Made by a program: the position numbers and the translations under genes. DNA of 64,000 bases from Candidatus Poribacteria bacterium (lineage in GTDB: Bacteria; Poribacteria; WGA-4E; PCPOR2b): contig OZ240245.1 of NCBI GenBank assembly GCA_965198175.1, positions 896,001 to 960,000 on the forward strand, given 5' to 3'. Each line of letters starts with the position of its first letter. Position 1 is the first letter of the stretch. Below are positions 44,353-53,691 of this stretch, in pieces. Under the pieces are notes generated by a model. That model searched no databases. It was not told the origin of the DNA and saw only the letters and a list, made by a program, of their open reading frames with translations.

Positions 44353-44775
44353 CTGCCTCCAATGCAAAGAAACTGGTTATCAAACAACTTTTTCAGTTAT
44401 CCAGCAGAATCAGAGATGTCCTACTCCCGTCCGCTGCCGTTATAGCTAAGGGGTGGGCGCTTTGCACCCTAGCGAACTCGACAACTGGTACCGATAGATT
44501 GGTACCGGGCTAAGTGAGAAAGTCGAATATTATAGGAATAGCCATATTATAACACAACGACCGAAGCGGAGGACAAAAAGATGAGGATTGTTCGATTAAG
44601 GCTTGCTTGCCATTACCTGTTTAGGAACAGTAAAGGTGGGAAATGTGGATGTCGTTAGCGGGTTTATAATCACACGGGGGGCTTGATCCGAGAAACGAAT
44701 TGACCGGATTTACAAAATCGTCTATACTTCTATAATGTACCTAAGCATTTGCCAATACACAGGAGGAGATTGATT

Positions 44776-45507
44776 ATGACAGCAAACGGACCTGTACCGA
44801 AAGCCCGTTCTGAAGGTCGTGGCCCCACAATCTGGCTCGCCGGTACCCCCGAAGAACTGGATGCATGGATGCCGCTGGGAATTGCCGGAATTGTCACCAA
44901 CACCGTAGTGCTGAACCAGTACGCCAAGCCCTACGGTTCGGTCATTGCCCTGATTAAAGAGTACCTCGCCATAACTGACAAACCTGTGGTCGTGGAAATC
45001 GACGGGCACACAGTCGAGGAATTGCTCGCGGTTGGGAAGGTTTTCACCGATGTATCAGATCAAATTATCCTGAAAATCCCCTGCTCGGTAAACGGGCTTA
45101 AAGCCTTCAGCATCCTCAAGAAAGACGGAATCGAAACTTTCTGCACGACCGTCTTCTCCTTGACCCAAGCCGCAGCCGTCGCTCAAGCTGGCGTCGATCA
45201 CATCCTGCCGTTCTGCGATCCGGTCAAGGCAGTGGGCGGCAACCCGACCCAACTGATACGTGAATGCGCACAGATGTTTAGCGGATGGGAGCAGCGCCCC
45301 TTTATCATGGCGGCGCTGGTCCGTTCAGTGGAAACGGCGCGCGCGGCTTTCCGTGATGGCGCCGATGAGCTCGTCACAATGTGGACGGTCTACCGTGAGA
45401 TGCTGGAGCACCCGCTAACCGAGCAATGGAACAAAATCTTCATGGACGAGTGGGTGGATATGCACAAGAACGGGTTGCTGGAAGGCGTGCCGGTCACACT
45501 CAGTTGA
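44776..45507 (+). CDS. transaldolase/fructose-6-phosphate aldolase family protein (divergent)
   Basis: GIVTN, IILKIP (Schiff-base Lys), T.VFSLTQA, HPLT. Confidence 0.8.
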   Translation: MTANGPVPKARSEGRGPTIWLAGTPEELDAWMPLGIAGIVTNTVVLNQYAKPYGSVIALIKEYLAITDKPVVVEIDGHTVEELLAVGKVFTDVSDQIILKIPCSVNGLKAFSILKKDGIETFCTTVFSLTQAAAVAQAGVDHILPFCDPVKAVGGNPTQLIRECAQMFSGWEQRPFIMAALVRSVETARAAFRDGADELVTMWTVYREMLEHPLTEQWNKIFMDEWVDMHKNGLLEGVPVTLS

Positions 45508-45536
45508 ACCGGGATACCGAATTATCTCGCACGACA

Positions 45537-46571
45537 TCAAAGGGTGCTGGATGACGACGTGAGACAACTTTCACGGGGAATAACGCCGATTCCCGGTCGA
45601 TCGGGGAGGATGAGTTTCCCTGCCTCAAGCGTCATGCCAGCATAAGGATCGTTCGCAATGAGAAGATGTCCATCAAGGTCTGCGTAATCGACGAGCGGAG
45701 TGAGCTGTGCAGCCGCCGTGATGCCAAGCGAACTCTCGATCATGCAGCCAATCATGACCTGTAGACCGTGGGTGCGTGCGACATGAATCATACGCACCGC
45801 TTCGAGCAGACCGCCGCATTTAGTCAACTTAATATTAATCCCGTCAACACAACCCTGAAGCGCGGGAATATCGGCAGCGCGTTTGACGCTTTCATCGGCG
45901 ATGATGGGGACATCTACGTGTTCTCTGACAAATTTCAGCCCCTCCAAATCGTCGGCGCTTGTCGGTTGTTCGATGAGTTCAATCCCGTAAGGGACGAGCT
46001 CTCGGATTTTACGGACCGCTGCTTTGGGCGTCCACGCAGTGTTTGCATCGACATAGATCGGCTTATCCGTGGCTTCACGGATAGCGCGCATAATCTGGAG
46101 GTCGTGTGGAGTGCCGAGCTTAACCTTGAGGATGGGGTAACCCTGCGCCTCATGCGCTTTTCGTCCCATAATCTTCGGTTCGTCCAACCCAATTGTAAAT
46201 GCGGTGTGTGGCGTCGCATTGGGATCGAGCCCCCACAACCGATGAAGCGGCACACCTAACCTCTTGCCGAGCCGATCATGTAACGCCATATCAATTGCGC
46301 ACTTTGCCGCATAATTCCCGCGTAAGGTAGACTCCAACCTACCCATAACGGCTTGGATGGCATCAAGGTTATCATCAAGGCTCGAATCGAAAATTTCAAG
46401 AGCCGTCTGAACCGTCTCGACAGTTTCACCGTAGAAACGAGCCGGTGCAGCTTCGCCAAGACCGCCTTCAATCTCGACTGAGATGACCTCACGAAACCGA
46501 TCAGAGTCCCGCCGGGAGATCTTGAACGGATGGACTAGTTGAAGGTCTGTGACGCTATGCCGGATGTTCAT
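45537..46571 (-). CDS. dipeptide (L-Ala-D/L-Glu) epimerase, enolase superfamily
   Basis: KVK, VDAN, IEQP, ADES, INIKLTKCGG, GCMIES, DLDG. Confidence 0.9.
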   Translation of the reverse strand: MNIRHSVTDLQLVHPFKISRRDSDRFREVISVEIEGGLGEAAPARFYGETVETVQTALEIFDSSLDDNLDAIQAVMGRLESTLRGNYAAKCAIDMALHDRLGKRLGVPLHRLWGLDPNATPHTAFTIGLDEPKIMGRKAHEAQGYPILKVKLGTPHDLQIMRAIREATDKPIYVDANTAWTPKAAVRKIRELVPYGIELIEQPTSADDLEGLKFVREHVDVPIIADESVKRAADIPALQGCVDGINIKLTKCGGLLEAVRMIHVARTHGLQVMIGCMIESSLGITAAAQLTPLVDYADLDGHLLIANDPYAGMTLEAGKLILPDRPGIGVIPRESCLTSSSSTL

Positions 46572-46737
46572 GGTGTTGAGGCGTAAAGGGGTGGTTTTTG
46601 TAGGATGCGGTGATGGTGACATCTAATAGCGAAAGAATTTAGAATGCAAATTCCAATTTTAGCACACCGTAAGGTTATCTTGCAATCACTAATTTTCTCG
46701 CATCGGATTTGAGAATTGATAGACCGAGGCGAAAAAG

Positions 46738-46766
46738 TGGTAGAAAAAATCGTGGAACGGTGTCTT
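46738..46766 (+). promoter_or_regulatory. ECF-type promoter P1
   Basis: TGGTAG-N17-TGTCTT upstream of ECF unit 1; same architecture before every unit. Confidence 0.75.
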
Positions 46767-46796
46767 TATTTAGGTACAAGAGAGGAATAGACCATA

Positions 46797-48266
46797 GTGA
46801 TCAGTAAGGACGATACAATTTCTCGCGCACAATCTGGGGACGAAGGTGCATTTGTCGACCTGATGCGGGCGCATTATGCCTTCGTTTACGCGGTTGTAAT
46901 CGGAATCGTGGACAATCCCCAAGACGCCGAAGAAATTGTACAAGACACCTTTCTCAACGCCTATCGCGGTTTGCCGGACCTTGAGGATACAAAAAAATTC
47001 AAAAACTGGCTGGCAAAAATTGCACGAAATCGTGCGCTAAACTGGCTGCGAGAGCAACGGCTTCTTACCGTATCCATCAATGAAGTGAGCGAACACACAC
47101 TTCCACCTTCGGACGCACCCGATGAACAGTTGATTCACCGTGAACAGAGGGAACTAATTCGCCGTGCAATAGAGACGCTCTCGCCAAAGGAGCGGGAGGT
47201 CGCCCAATCGTACTATCTTGAAGGATCAAGCTACGATGAATTGACAAGGACACACGGGCTGTCGTATAAAGCGATTTCGGTTCGGCTCTCGCGCGCCAAA
47301 CAGAAACTCGCCAAGCGGTTGGGTCATCTGCTCACTGGTGTGTTCGTTTCTCCGATAACCTCACTCAAACAGATTTGTTCAGGAGGACAAACGGTCATGA
47401 AAGTTGGAACAGTTCCCAAAATCACTGCCGGTGCAGTAGCCATCATTGCACTCGTCCTCATCGGGACACGCCAGTTCATATCGTCGAAAGAGGATTCGTC
47501 TCCGTCGGTTGAAATTGTAACATCAACTGAATCCACAAACTCGGTCGGTCAAACGGACGCTACTCGTAAGAACGTGCTCACCGCACCCTCACGTGAAGAT
47601 AAGCCGCAAATCTCCGCAGAGGAGATGGAGCAGATTGAGGACTTCTTCGCCCAACTCGAAGAGGAAGACGCACAATCGGGTGTGGATACATCCCAACTAT
47701 CGTCAGAATCGGAAACCGAATCCAACACAGCCGACACCAATTCTTCCAGCGGCAGCACAGGCTTATCTGCGGAACAGGTCATGCACGCCTATGTCGAGAG
47801 ATTACAGAATCTTGATTTTGAGGCTGTATTTCCGTTGGTGACAGGAGATGCCAGACGATGGGTTGAAGGACAGTCGCGTAGTTTGAACAGAAAGATACCT
47901 GAAGAAGAGCGAGAGTTTATGTTACAGAATCTCCTAAAAAAACTGGAATCAGATGAAGAGATGCCGAAAGTGGCGATAGAAATGATAGTTCAAGAATTTC
48001 GTCGTAAAATGCAACCATCGGAGCAGGAGAGAAAGAACCGAGCAAATCTGGAACGCAGGTTTGGTCAGGTAGAGGTTGTGAGTAACGAATATGTCGGCGA
48101 TGAATTCCACTTCCGCTTGAGAACGTCAGGTCCGCCGCTGCCGAACCAACTACCGGATGACGCTAAAAGTTTTATTCCGAAATACATAGATGCACTCGTC
48201 AAAATGCAAAAAGTCGATGGATCATGGCAGATTTATGAGAGTGAAGACGAGGTGGTCTATCACTAA
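46797..48266 (+). CDS. ECF sigma factor fused to TM, linker and variable NTF2-like domain (unit 1)
   Basis: DAEEIVQDTF, WLAKIARN, YKAISVRLSRAK; hydrophobic segment; EYVGDEFHF, KMQKVDGSWQIY. Confidence 0.92.
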   Translation: MISKDDTISRAQSGDEGAFVDLMRAHYAFVYAVVIGIVDNPQDAEEIVQDTFLNAYRGLPDLEDTKKFKNWLAKIARNRALNWLREQRLLTVSINEVSEHTLPPSDAPDEQLIHREQRELIRRAIETLSPKEREVAQSYYLEGSSYDELTRTHGLSYKAISVRLSRAKQKLAKRLGHLLTGVFVSPITSLKQICSGGQTVMKVGTVPKITAGAVAIIALVLIGTRQFISSKEDSSPSVEIVTSTESTNSVGQTDATRKNVLTAPSREDKPQISAEEMEQIEDFFAQLEEEDAQSGVDTSQLSSESETESNTADTNSSSGSTGLSAEQVMHAYVERLQNLDFEAVFPLVTGDARRWVEGQSRSLNRKIPEEEREFMLQNLLKKLESDEEMPKVAIEMIVQEFRRKMQPSEQERKNRANLERRFGQVEVVSNEYVGDEFHFRLRTSGPPLPNQLPDDAKSFIPKYIDALVKMQKVDGSWQIYESEDEVVYH

Positions 48267-48294
48267 CCCGAGTCCCCAACCCGCAAACTTCACG

Positions 48295-48325
48295 AGGCGA
48301 ATGGTTCAATCCATTCGCTTTTTTT
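48295..48325 (+). terminator. array terminator hairpin, copy 1
   Basis: AGGCGAATGG-TTCAAT-CCATTCGCTT plus T-run. Confidence 0.8.
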
Positions 48326-48346
48326 ATTGATTTGCCCAAAAAAAAC

Positions 48347-48375
48347 TGGTAAGGTATTTCTCTGAATTTGGTCAT
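48347..48375 (+). promoter_or_regulatory. ECF-type promoter matching P2
   Basis: TGGTAA-N17-GGTCAT. Confidence 0.7.
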
Positions 48376-48441
48376 TAATTATAGCCCAAGTTCTAATCTC
48401 AGAACGAATAGAACACGGATCATGCCAAAGGGAGGTGCCAG

Positions 48442-50115
48442 ATGATACGCCTAAATCTCCTCTTCCTTCCGCTTTTAATGCTTGTGCTTGGTGTTACGGT
48501 GAACGCACAACCACAAACCTTGTCCACGCGGTTTCGGACCGCCGAGGGTAAACCAATTCACGAGGTCCGGATTCAGGGAAATCAGAATATCACCGAGGCG
48601 CAGATTCGAACTGCTCTTGAAAACGGACCCGAGGATATCGTAAAAGCGATTGCAACCTTGCCTTTCCCCGATTTGAATCGGGTCATCCTAAAAATTAAGG
48701 ATGACGGTGCTAGGCGTGTCGCAACAATTATCGTCGTAACTCAACCGGATAAGCGGATTTCGCCAACCACACCAACGACGTGGTTTCGGACTGCCGAGGG
48801 TGAACCGATTCACGAAATCCGGATTCGAGGAAATAAGAAAATTACCGAGGAGGAGATTCGAGCTGGTCTTGAATACGGACCTGAGGACATCAGCAAGGCG
48901 ATTGATAACTTGACGGACTTTCTGCCCTATTTTAGTCGGGTCACCTTAGAGTATGCGAATGACGCCACGAAGTCCGTTGCGATAATTACCGTCACGGAGA
49001 AAGCGCTCTCTTCAGACTATTATCTCCGTCCAGCTCCGCTCATTCGGTTTAATCGTGTCACCGGATGGCTGCTTGCTGCTCGCCTTGAACTGGGGAGGCG
49101 GAAGGAGCTGGGACCACTCTGGATGTGGAACATCCCTAGCTCGGTTAGAGCGTATCTGCCAAAACTCTTTGGAGAAGTTGGCTACGGGTTCGGAAATCGG
49201 TATCTCAATTATGTGGTGGGCGGGGATGCGATCCGGGGTCAACCCGACAACTGGAATGTGGGCGTCACGGCTCAAATCCATCGCGCCACAACCGTCGTCG
49301 CTCCGGATCTCTTCCCGCGCTATGACAGTGGATGGTACGTCTATTATAGCGTTGTGGGTCTGACTCAGCTTCATAACTACTATTTGAGAGAAGGGGTTGA
49401 GGTATCGTTTCGATGGGAACCGCGGGTGCCCACGCATTCGCTCAAATTGACGATGCGTGCCGAATCACACGAGAGCCTGCAAAAAACCACGGATTGGCAT
49501 CTCTACAATTGGGATTCAAAACCGGAGGCGAGAGAAAATCCACCGATAAACCCCGGTCGGCTGCGGAGTGTCATGTTTAGATACGATTTGAATACCCGGA
49601 AAAACAGTAACCTCGGTTGGCACAATACCCTGCTCGTCGAGCACAGCAGCCCCGCTATCGGTTCCGATTTTGACTTTACGCGGTTTCAGCTACACCTGCG
49701 ATATGCGGTGTCGAAAGGCAAGAATATCGTCCGCACACGTTTGATGTTGGGCTTTGCCATGGATGCACTGCCGATTCAACGCCAATTTGTTCTGGGAGGA
49801 CCTGGACTCTTGAACGGATATCCACTCTATGCGTTTGCAGGCGACCACGGTGCCCTACTCAATATGGAATATATGTACCGTCTATCAAGTCTTTACCATT
49901 GGGAGTTTCTGAAAGAGTCGTTCATCGTGTTGTCCCTTAATGAAGCGCAAGTATGGAATACATCTGATAAACCGTACCGCTTTGACCCGAAGGCAGATGC
50001 CGGCATCGGTTTACAGTTCTTGGAGCGCGTTCCTGTTTTCAGAATGAACTTTTTCAAACCCCTTGAATCTGGGCGAGGAGTTCAATTCGTTGCAACGTGG
50101 TTTTACCGGTTTTAG
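48442..50115 (+). CDS. Omp85/BamA-family outer-membrane beta-barrel with two tandem POTRA-like repeats
   Basis: signal peptide; two IHE.RI.GN..I.E..IR repeats; RFNRVTG, F.LGG...L.GY; terminal Phe. Confidence 0.8.
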   Translation: MIRLNLLFLPLLMLVLGVTVNAQPQTLSTRFRTAEGKPIHEVRIQGNQNITEAQIRTALENGPEDIVKAIATLPFPDLNRVILKIKDDGARRVATIIVVTQPDKRISPTTPTTWFRTAEGEPIHEIRIRGNKKITEEEIRAGLEYGPEDISKAIDNLTDFLPYFSRVTLEYANDATKSVAIITVTEKALSSDYYLRPAPLIRFNRVTGWLLAARLELGRRKELGPLWMWNIPSSVRAYLPKLFGEVGYGFGNRYLNYVVGGDAIRGQPDNWNVGVTAQIHRATTVVAPDLFPRYDSGWYVYYSVVGLTQLHNYYLREGVEVSFRWEPRVPTHSLKLTMRAESHESLQKTTDWHLYNWDSKPEARENPPINPGRLRSVMFRYDLNTRKNSNLGWHNTLLVEHSSPAIGSDFDFTRFQLHLRYAVSKGKNIVRTRLMLGFAMDALPIQRQFVLGGPGLLNGYPLYAFAGDHGALLNMEYMYRLSSLYHWEFLKESFIVLSLNEAQVWNTSDKPYRFDPKADAGIGLQFLERVPVFRMNFFKPLESGRGVQFVATWFYRF

Positions 50116-50217
50116 AGGGAGAATCAGGTGCGGTGATACACAAACCGAGCACTACCTATCACTTTGGGTTTCACCTTATCTTTGTGCTAACGGTTGTACC
50201 CCTGCAGATTCGGAATC

Positions 50218-50247
50218 AGGCGAACGGTTCAATCCATCCGCCGTTTT
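50218..50247 (+). terminator. array terminator hairpin, degenerate copy 2
   Basis: AGGCGAACGGTTCAATCCATCCGCCGTTTT. Confidence 0.65.
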
Positions 50248-50269
50248 CATTGATCGCTCCCGAAAAAAC

Positions 50270-50298
50270 TGGTAAGATATTTCTCCGGATGTTGTCAT
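50270..50298 (+). promoter_or_regulatory. ECF-type promoter P2
   Basis: TGGTAA-N17-TGTCAT. Confidence 0.75.
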
Positions 50299-50316
50299 AA
50301 ATAATAAAGGGGGAAT

Positions 50317-51762
50317 GTGCCCGTGCTCACAGACGCAGAACTGGTTGAATCCGCACGCTCCGGCGATGAAAAGGCGTTTGAAACGCTGGTCGAGAAACAT
50401 CGTGCACGCATTGACGCGACTATCTCATCCTTTATCAAGAACCCACAAGACCGGGAAGATATCGCGCAAGAAACCTTCATCAACGCCTACCGGAATTTGC
50501 ACCAACTTGCCAACCCCGATCACTTCAGTCACTGGTTAGTCACGATTGCACGAAATCAGTGCCGGGACTGGATACGCAAGCATCGGAGCCGCACGATTCC
50601 AATTGACGAAGTGGATGAAAACCTGCTGAACTCGGATAACTCACCGGAACGTGAGTCCATTGAGGCAGAGCAACAGCAGATTATCGCTCAAGCGATAAAA
50701 GCCTTGCCAGAAACAGAGCGGCAAATCGCTTCAGCGCACTATCTCGAAGGCGAAAGCCACAGAGAGCTGGCCAACCGTCACGGCATCTCATATCAAGCCG
50801 TCTGTGTGCGGCTCTCTCGCGCCAAACAGAAACTCGCCAAGCGGTTGGGTCATCTGCTGACTGGGGTGTTCGTTTCTCCGATAACCTCACTCAAACAAAT
50901 CTACTCAGGAGGACTTGCGGTTATGAAAGTTGGAACCGTTCCCAAAATCACTGTCGGTGCCGTAGCCATCATTGTACTCGTCTTCATCGGAACACGCCAG
51001 TTCATATCGTCGAAAGAGGATTCGTCTCCGTCGGTTGAGGTTGTTACATCAGCACCAACTGAGTCCGCAAACTCGCCCGCCCAAACGGACACCACGCGAA
51101 ATGGTGCAGTCACCGCGCCCTTACCTGAAAGTAAGTCGCAAATCTCCGCAGAGGAGTTGCAGCAGATTGAGGATTTCTTCGCTCAACTTGATGAGGCGGA
51201 CACACAATCGGAGACGGATACGTCACAACAAGCAACGGACGCAGCATTAGATGAGAACACCGATGCCACCGACTCGTCTACAGCGTCAGAAAGTACAACT
51301 CAATCCGCTGAAGATGTAATGAACGCGTATCTGGAGGCGTTTCGGAATTTTGACGTTGACGCGATTCTCCCGTTATTGACAGATGCTGCCAAAAAAGAGT
51401 TTGAAAGTAGATTGCCTATACTCATGGGAGAGTTACCACAAGAGATGGTAGATATAGCTTATAATAGTGGGTTTCCAGAAGAGATGGTAGATGAGACACT
51501 TCAGATGATACGCGGGATGGTGCAACCGATACTTAGGCAGATGTTTAGTCAAGCAGAGATTGTGAGCAGAGAGTATATCGGCGATGAATTCCACTTCCGA
51601 TTACGAGTGCCGTCACCGGAAATGCCGGAGATACTAGGAATGTTGGGACGGGACATATCAGAGGTGCCGGAGACGATTGAGGTACCCGAGATGCCGGAAA
51701 TGCCCGACCTTCTTCGTAAGATGCGAAAAGAGGACGGTACATGGCAGATTTATGAGCAGTAG
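50317..51762 (+). CDS. ECF sigma fusion, unit 2 (divergent sigma domain)
   Basis: EDIAQETF, WLVTIARN, YQAVCVRLSRAK, then the shared TM/linker/C-terminal domain. Confidence 0.92.
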   Translation: MPVLTDAELVESARSGDEKAFETLVEKHRARIDATISSFIKNPQDREDIAQETFINAYRNLHQLANPDHFSHWLVTIARNQCRDWIRKHRSRTIPIDEVDENLLNSDNSPERESIEAEQQQIIAQAIKALPETERQIASAHYLEGESHRELANRHGISYQAVCVRLSRAKQKLAKRLGHLLTGVFVSPITSLKQIYSGGLAVMKVGTVPKITVGAVAIIVLVFIGTRQFISSKEDSSPSVEVVTSAPTESANSPAQTDTTRNGAVTAPLPESKSQISAEELQQIEDFFAQLDEADTQSETDTSQQATDAALDENTDATDSSTASESTTQSAEDVMNAYLEAFRNFDVDAILPLLTDAAKKEFESRLPILMGELPQEMVDIAYNSGFPEEMVDETLQMIRGMVQPILRQMFSQAEIVSREYIGDEFHFRLRVPSPEMPEILGMLGRDISEVPETIEVPEMPEMPDLLRKMRKEDGTWQIYEQ

Positions 51763-51810
51763 AGTGAAGCTTCATAACTAACTCGCAACTCCACACCCCA
51801 AGACTCCATC

Positions 51811-51910
51811 AGGCGAATGGTTCAATCCATTCGCCTTTTTTCTTTTCAGACAGCGAAAAATCTGTTATCCTGAAAATCCTTTAAACCAGTAAATCCTGAT
51901 TCAGACAGTT
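51811..51910 (+). repeat. array terminator hairpin copy 3 plus ATCCT-rich element
   Basis: AGGCGAATGGTTCAATCCATTCGCCT-Tn ... AAAATCTGTTATCCTGAAAATCCTTTAAACCAGTAAATCCTGATTCAGACAGTT. Confidence 0.85.
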
Positions 51911-51927
51911 AAAACAAGGAGAATAAA

Positions 51928-52734
51928 GTGATGAAAGTACCAAACCTCATGTGTATGATTTGCCTCGCTTTGATGCTCGGTCAGACAGCCAATGTACTGG
52001 CGGCGAGCGCAAAGGAACAGCTTGAAAGTTCGCCGCGGCATGGCGAATGGGTCAAAATCCCTTCGACCAAGGGGCGGAGCGTGAATGCCTTCATCGTGTT
52101 CCCCGAGATTAAAGAGAAGGCGACTTCGGTTATTGTCATTCACGAGATATTCGGACTGACCGATTGGATAAGGCTTGTCGGTGACAAACTCGCGGAGGCA
52201 GGTTTTGTCGCCATCTGCCCCGATCTGCTTTCAGGGATGGACGGCGGCGGAACAGAGAGTTTCGAGTCCGGAGACGATGTCCGCAGGGCAATTCGGAATC
52301 TCGATTCAGATCAAGTCACAGCCGATCTCAAGGCGGCGGCGAAATACCTTCGAGACCTGCCCTCGACAACGGACAAGGTAGCTGTCAGTGGGTTCTGCTG
52401 GGGCGGTGGGCAAACATTCCGGTTCGCGGCGAACGACGATACGATCGCTGGCGCGTTTGTCTTCTATGGGCCTTCACCAGCCGGTGAAGCCATCCGCAAA
52501 ATTAAATGTCCTGTCTACGGATTCTATGGCGAGCACGACAATCGGATTAACGCCGCAATCGAATCCACCAAAGCCACCGCGAACGCAGCAGGGATCAGCT
52601 ATGAGCCGGTAATCTATGCCGACGTTGGTCACGGCTTCCTCAGACGCGGGATGGCTGACGATGCAAACGATGTTGCAAAGGCAGCAGTGGGACAAGCATG
52701 GGACCGATTTGTGGAATTGCTCAAGGGGCTGTAG
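51928..52734 (+). CDS. secreted dienelactone hydrolase family protein
   Basis: signal peptide; IHEIFGL, GFCWGG, GHGF. Confidence 0.92.
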   Translation: MMKVPNLMCMICLALMLGQTANVLAASAKEQLESSPRHGEWVKIPSTKGRSVNAFIVFPEIKEKATSVIVIHEIFGLTDWIRLVGDKLAEAGFVAICPDLLSGMDGGGTESFESGDDVRRAIRNLDSDQVTADLKAAAKYLRDLPSTTDKVAVSGFCWGGGQTFRFAANDDTIAGAFVFYGPSPAGEAIRKIKCPVYGFYGEHDNRINAAIESTKATANAAGISYEPVIYADVGHGFLRRGMADDANDVAKAAVGQAWDRFVELLKGL

Positions 52735-52795
52735 TGCAAGGCAATCGCGGGCAGGACAGACGCCGTCTCGATTCGGGAGAAAAGAGACATCAACG

Positions 52796-53533
52796 ATGTT
52801 AAGCGACGAAGCGAAAAAACAGTTTCATGACGAAGGATACCTCGTTTTTGAGCAACTCATTTCCGGCGAAAAACTTGACCACTATGTGTCGGTTTTCGAT
52901 GAATTGGTTGTGCGAAGCCGACATATCCCTGTCAATACCTCGCACTGGTCATTCGAGATCGACGAATGCGGTCAACAGATTCCGGGCTTTCTGCACAAAA
53001 TTCAAGGTGTCTGCGTCCTCGAACCGCGTGTCGTCGCGCTTGCGAAAGAACCGGAAATCCTTGCCCGCATCGCATCTCTGATCGGTCCGGACATTGACGT
53101 GTTTGGGACAAAGTTTTTCCCAAAGCTCCCAGGTGGTGGAACGTCTGTCCACTGGCATCAGGACAACTTCTACTTCGGCTCGAACACGGAGCGGATTGTG
53201 AGTTGTGGGATTTACCTCCAAGACGCGGACCGGGAAAACGGCTGCCTGCGTCTGGTTCCCAAAAGCCATAAGTCGCAAGTCATCGCAACACATCACAGGA
53301 ACCCTAACACCTATGGCAGTTGGGTTAAAATTGATGAATCGGAGTCCATTGATGTCGAACTGCCGGGCGGTTCGGTTGTCCTATTCTCGGCAAACTTGTT
53401 ACACGGCAGCCACGAAAATCGCAGCGATCGGACGCGCTACAGCGCGGCATGGCATTACACACCCGCTGACCTGCTGCTTGAGCGTTTTCCGCGTGATGAA
53501 TATAAGGACCGGCACATTGTTCTAGGCAGTTAA
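52796..53533 (+). CDS. PhyH-family Fe(II)/2OG dioxygenase
   Basis: WHQDNFY, NGCLRLVPKSH, LHGS..N.S...R. Confidence 0.92.
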   Translation: MLSDEAKKQFHDEGYLVFEQLISGEKLDHYVSVFDELVVRSRHIPVNTSHWSFEIDECGQQIPGFLHKIQGVCVLEPRVVALAKEPEILARIASLIGPDIDVFGTKFFPKLPGGGTSVHWHQDNFYFGSNTERIVSCGIYLQDADRENGCLRLVPKSHKSQVIATHHRNPNTYGSWVKIDESESIDVELPGGSVVLFSANLLHGSHENRSDRTRYSAAWHYTPADLLLERFPRDEYKDRHIVLGS

Positions 53534-53632
53534 AAACGGTTCGTGGTCACCGCAGGAGCGGAGGCTGCGCCTTGAGTTCAAATGGCGCACCCACCCAATC
53601 GGCAGTTTTAACCCATGGCCACTCGAAAAAAA

Positions 53633-53661
53633 TGGTAGAAAAAATCGCAGAACGGCGTTTT
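53633..53661 (+). promoter_or_regulatory. ECF-type promoter P3
   Basis: TGGTAG-N17-CGTTTT. Confidence 0.75.
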
Positions 53662-53691
53662 GGTTAAGGTACAGGAGAGGAACGAAGAACA

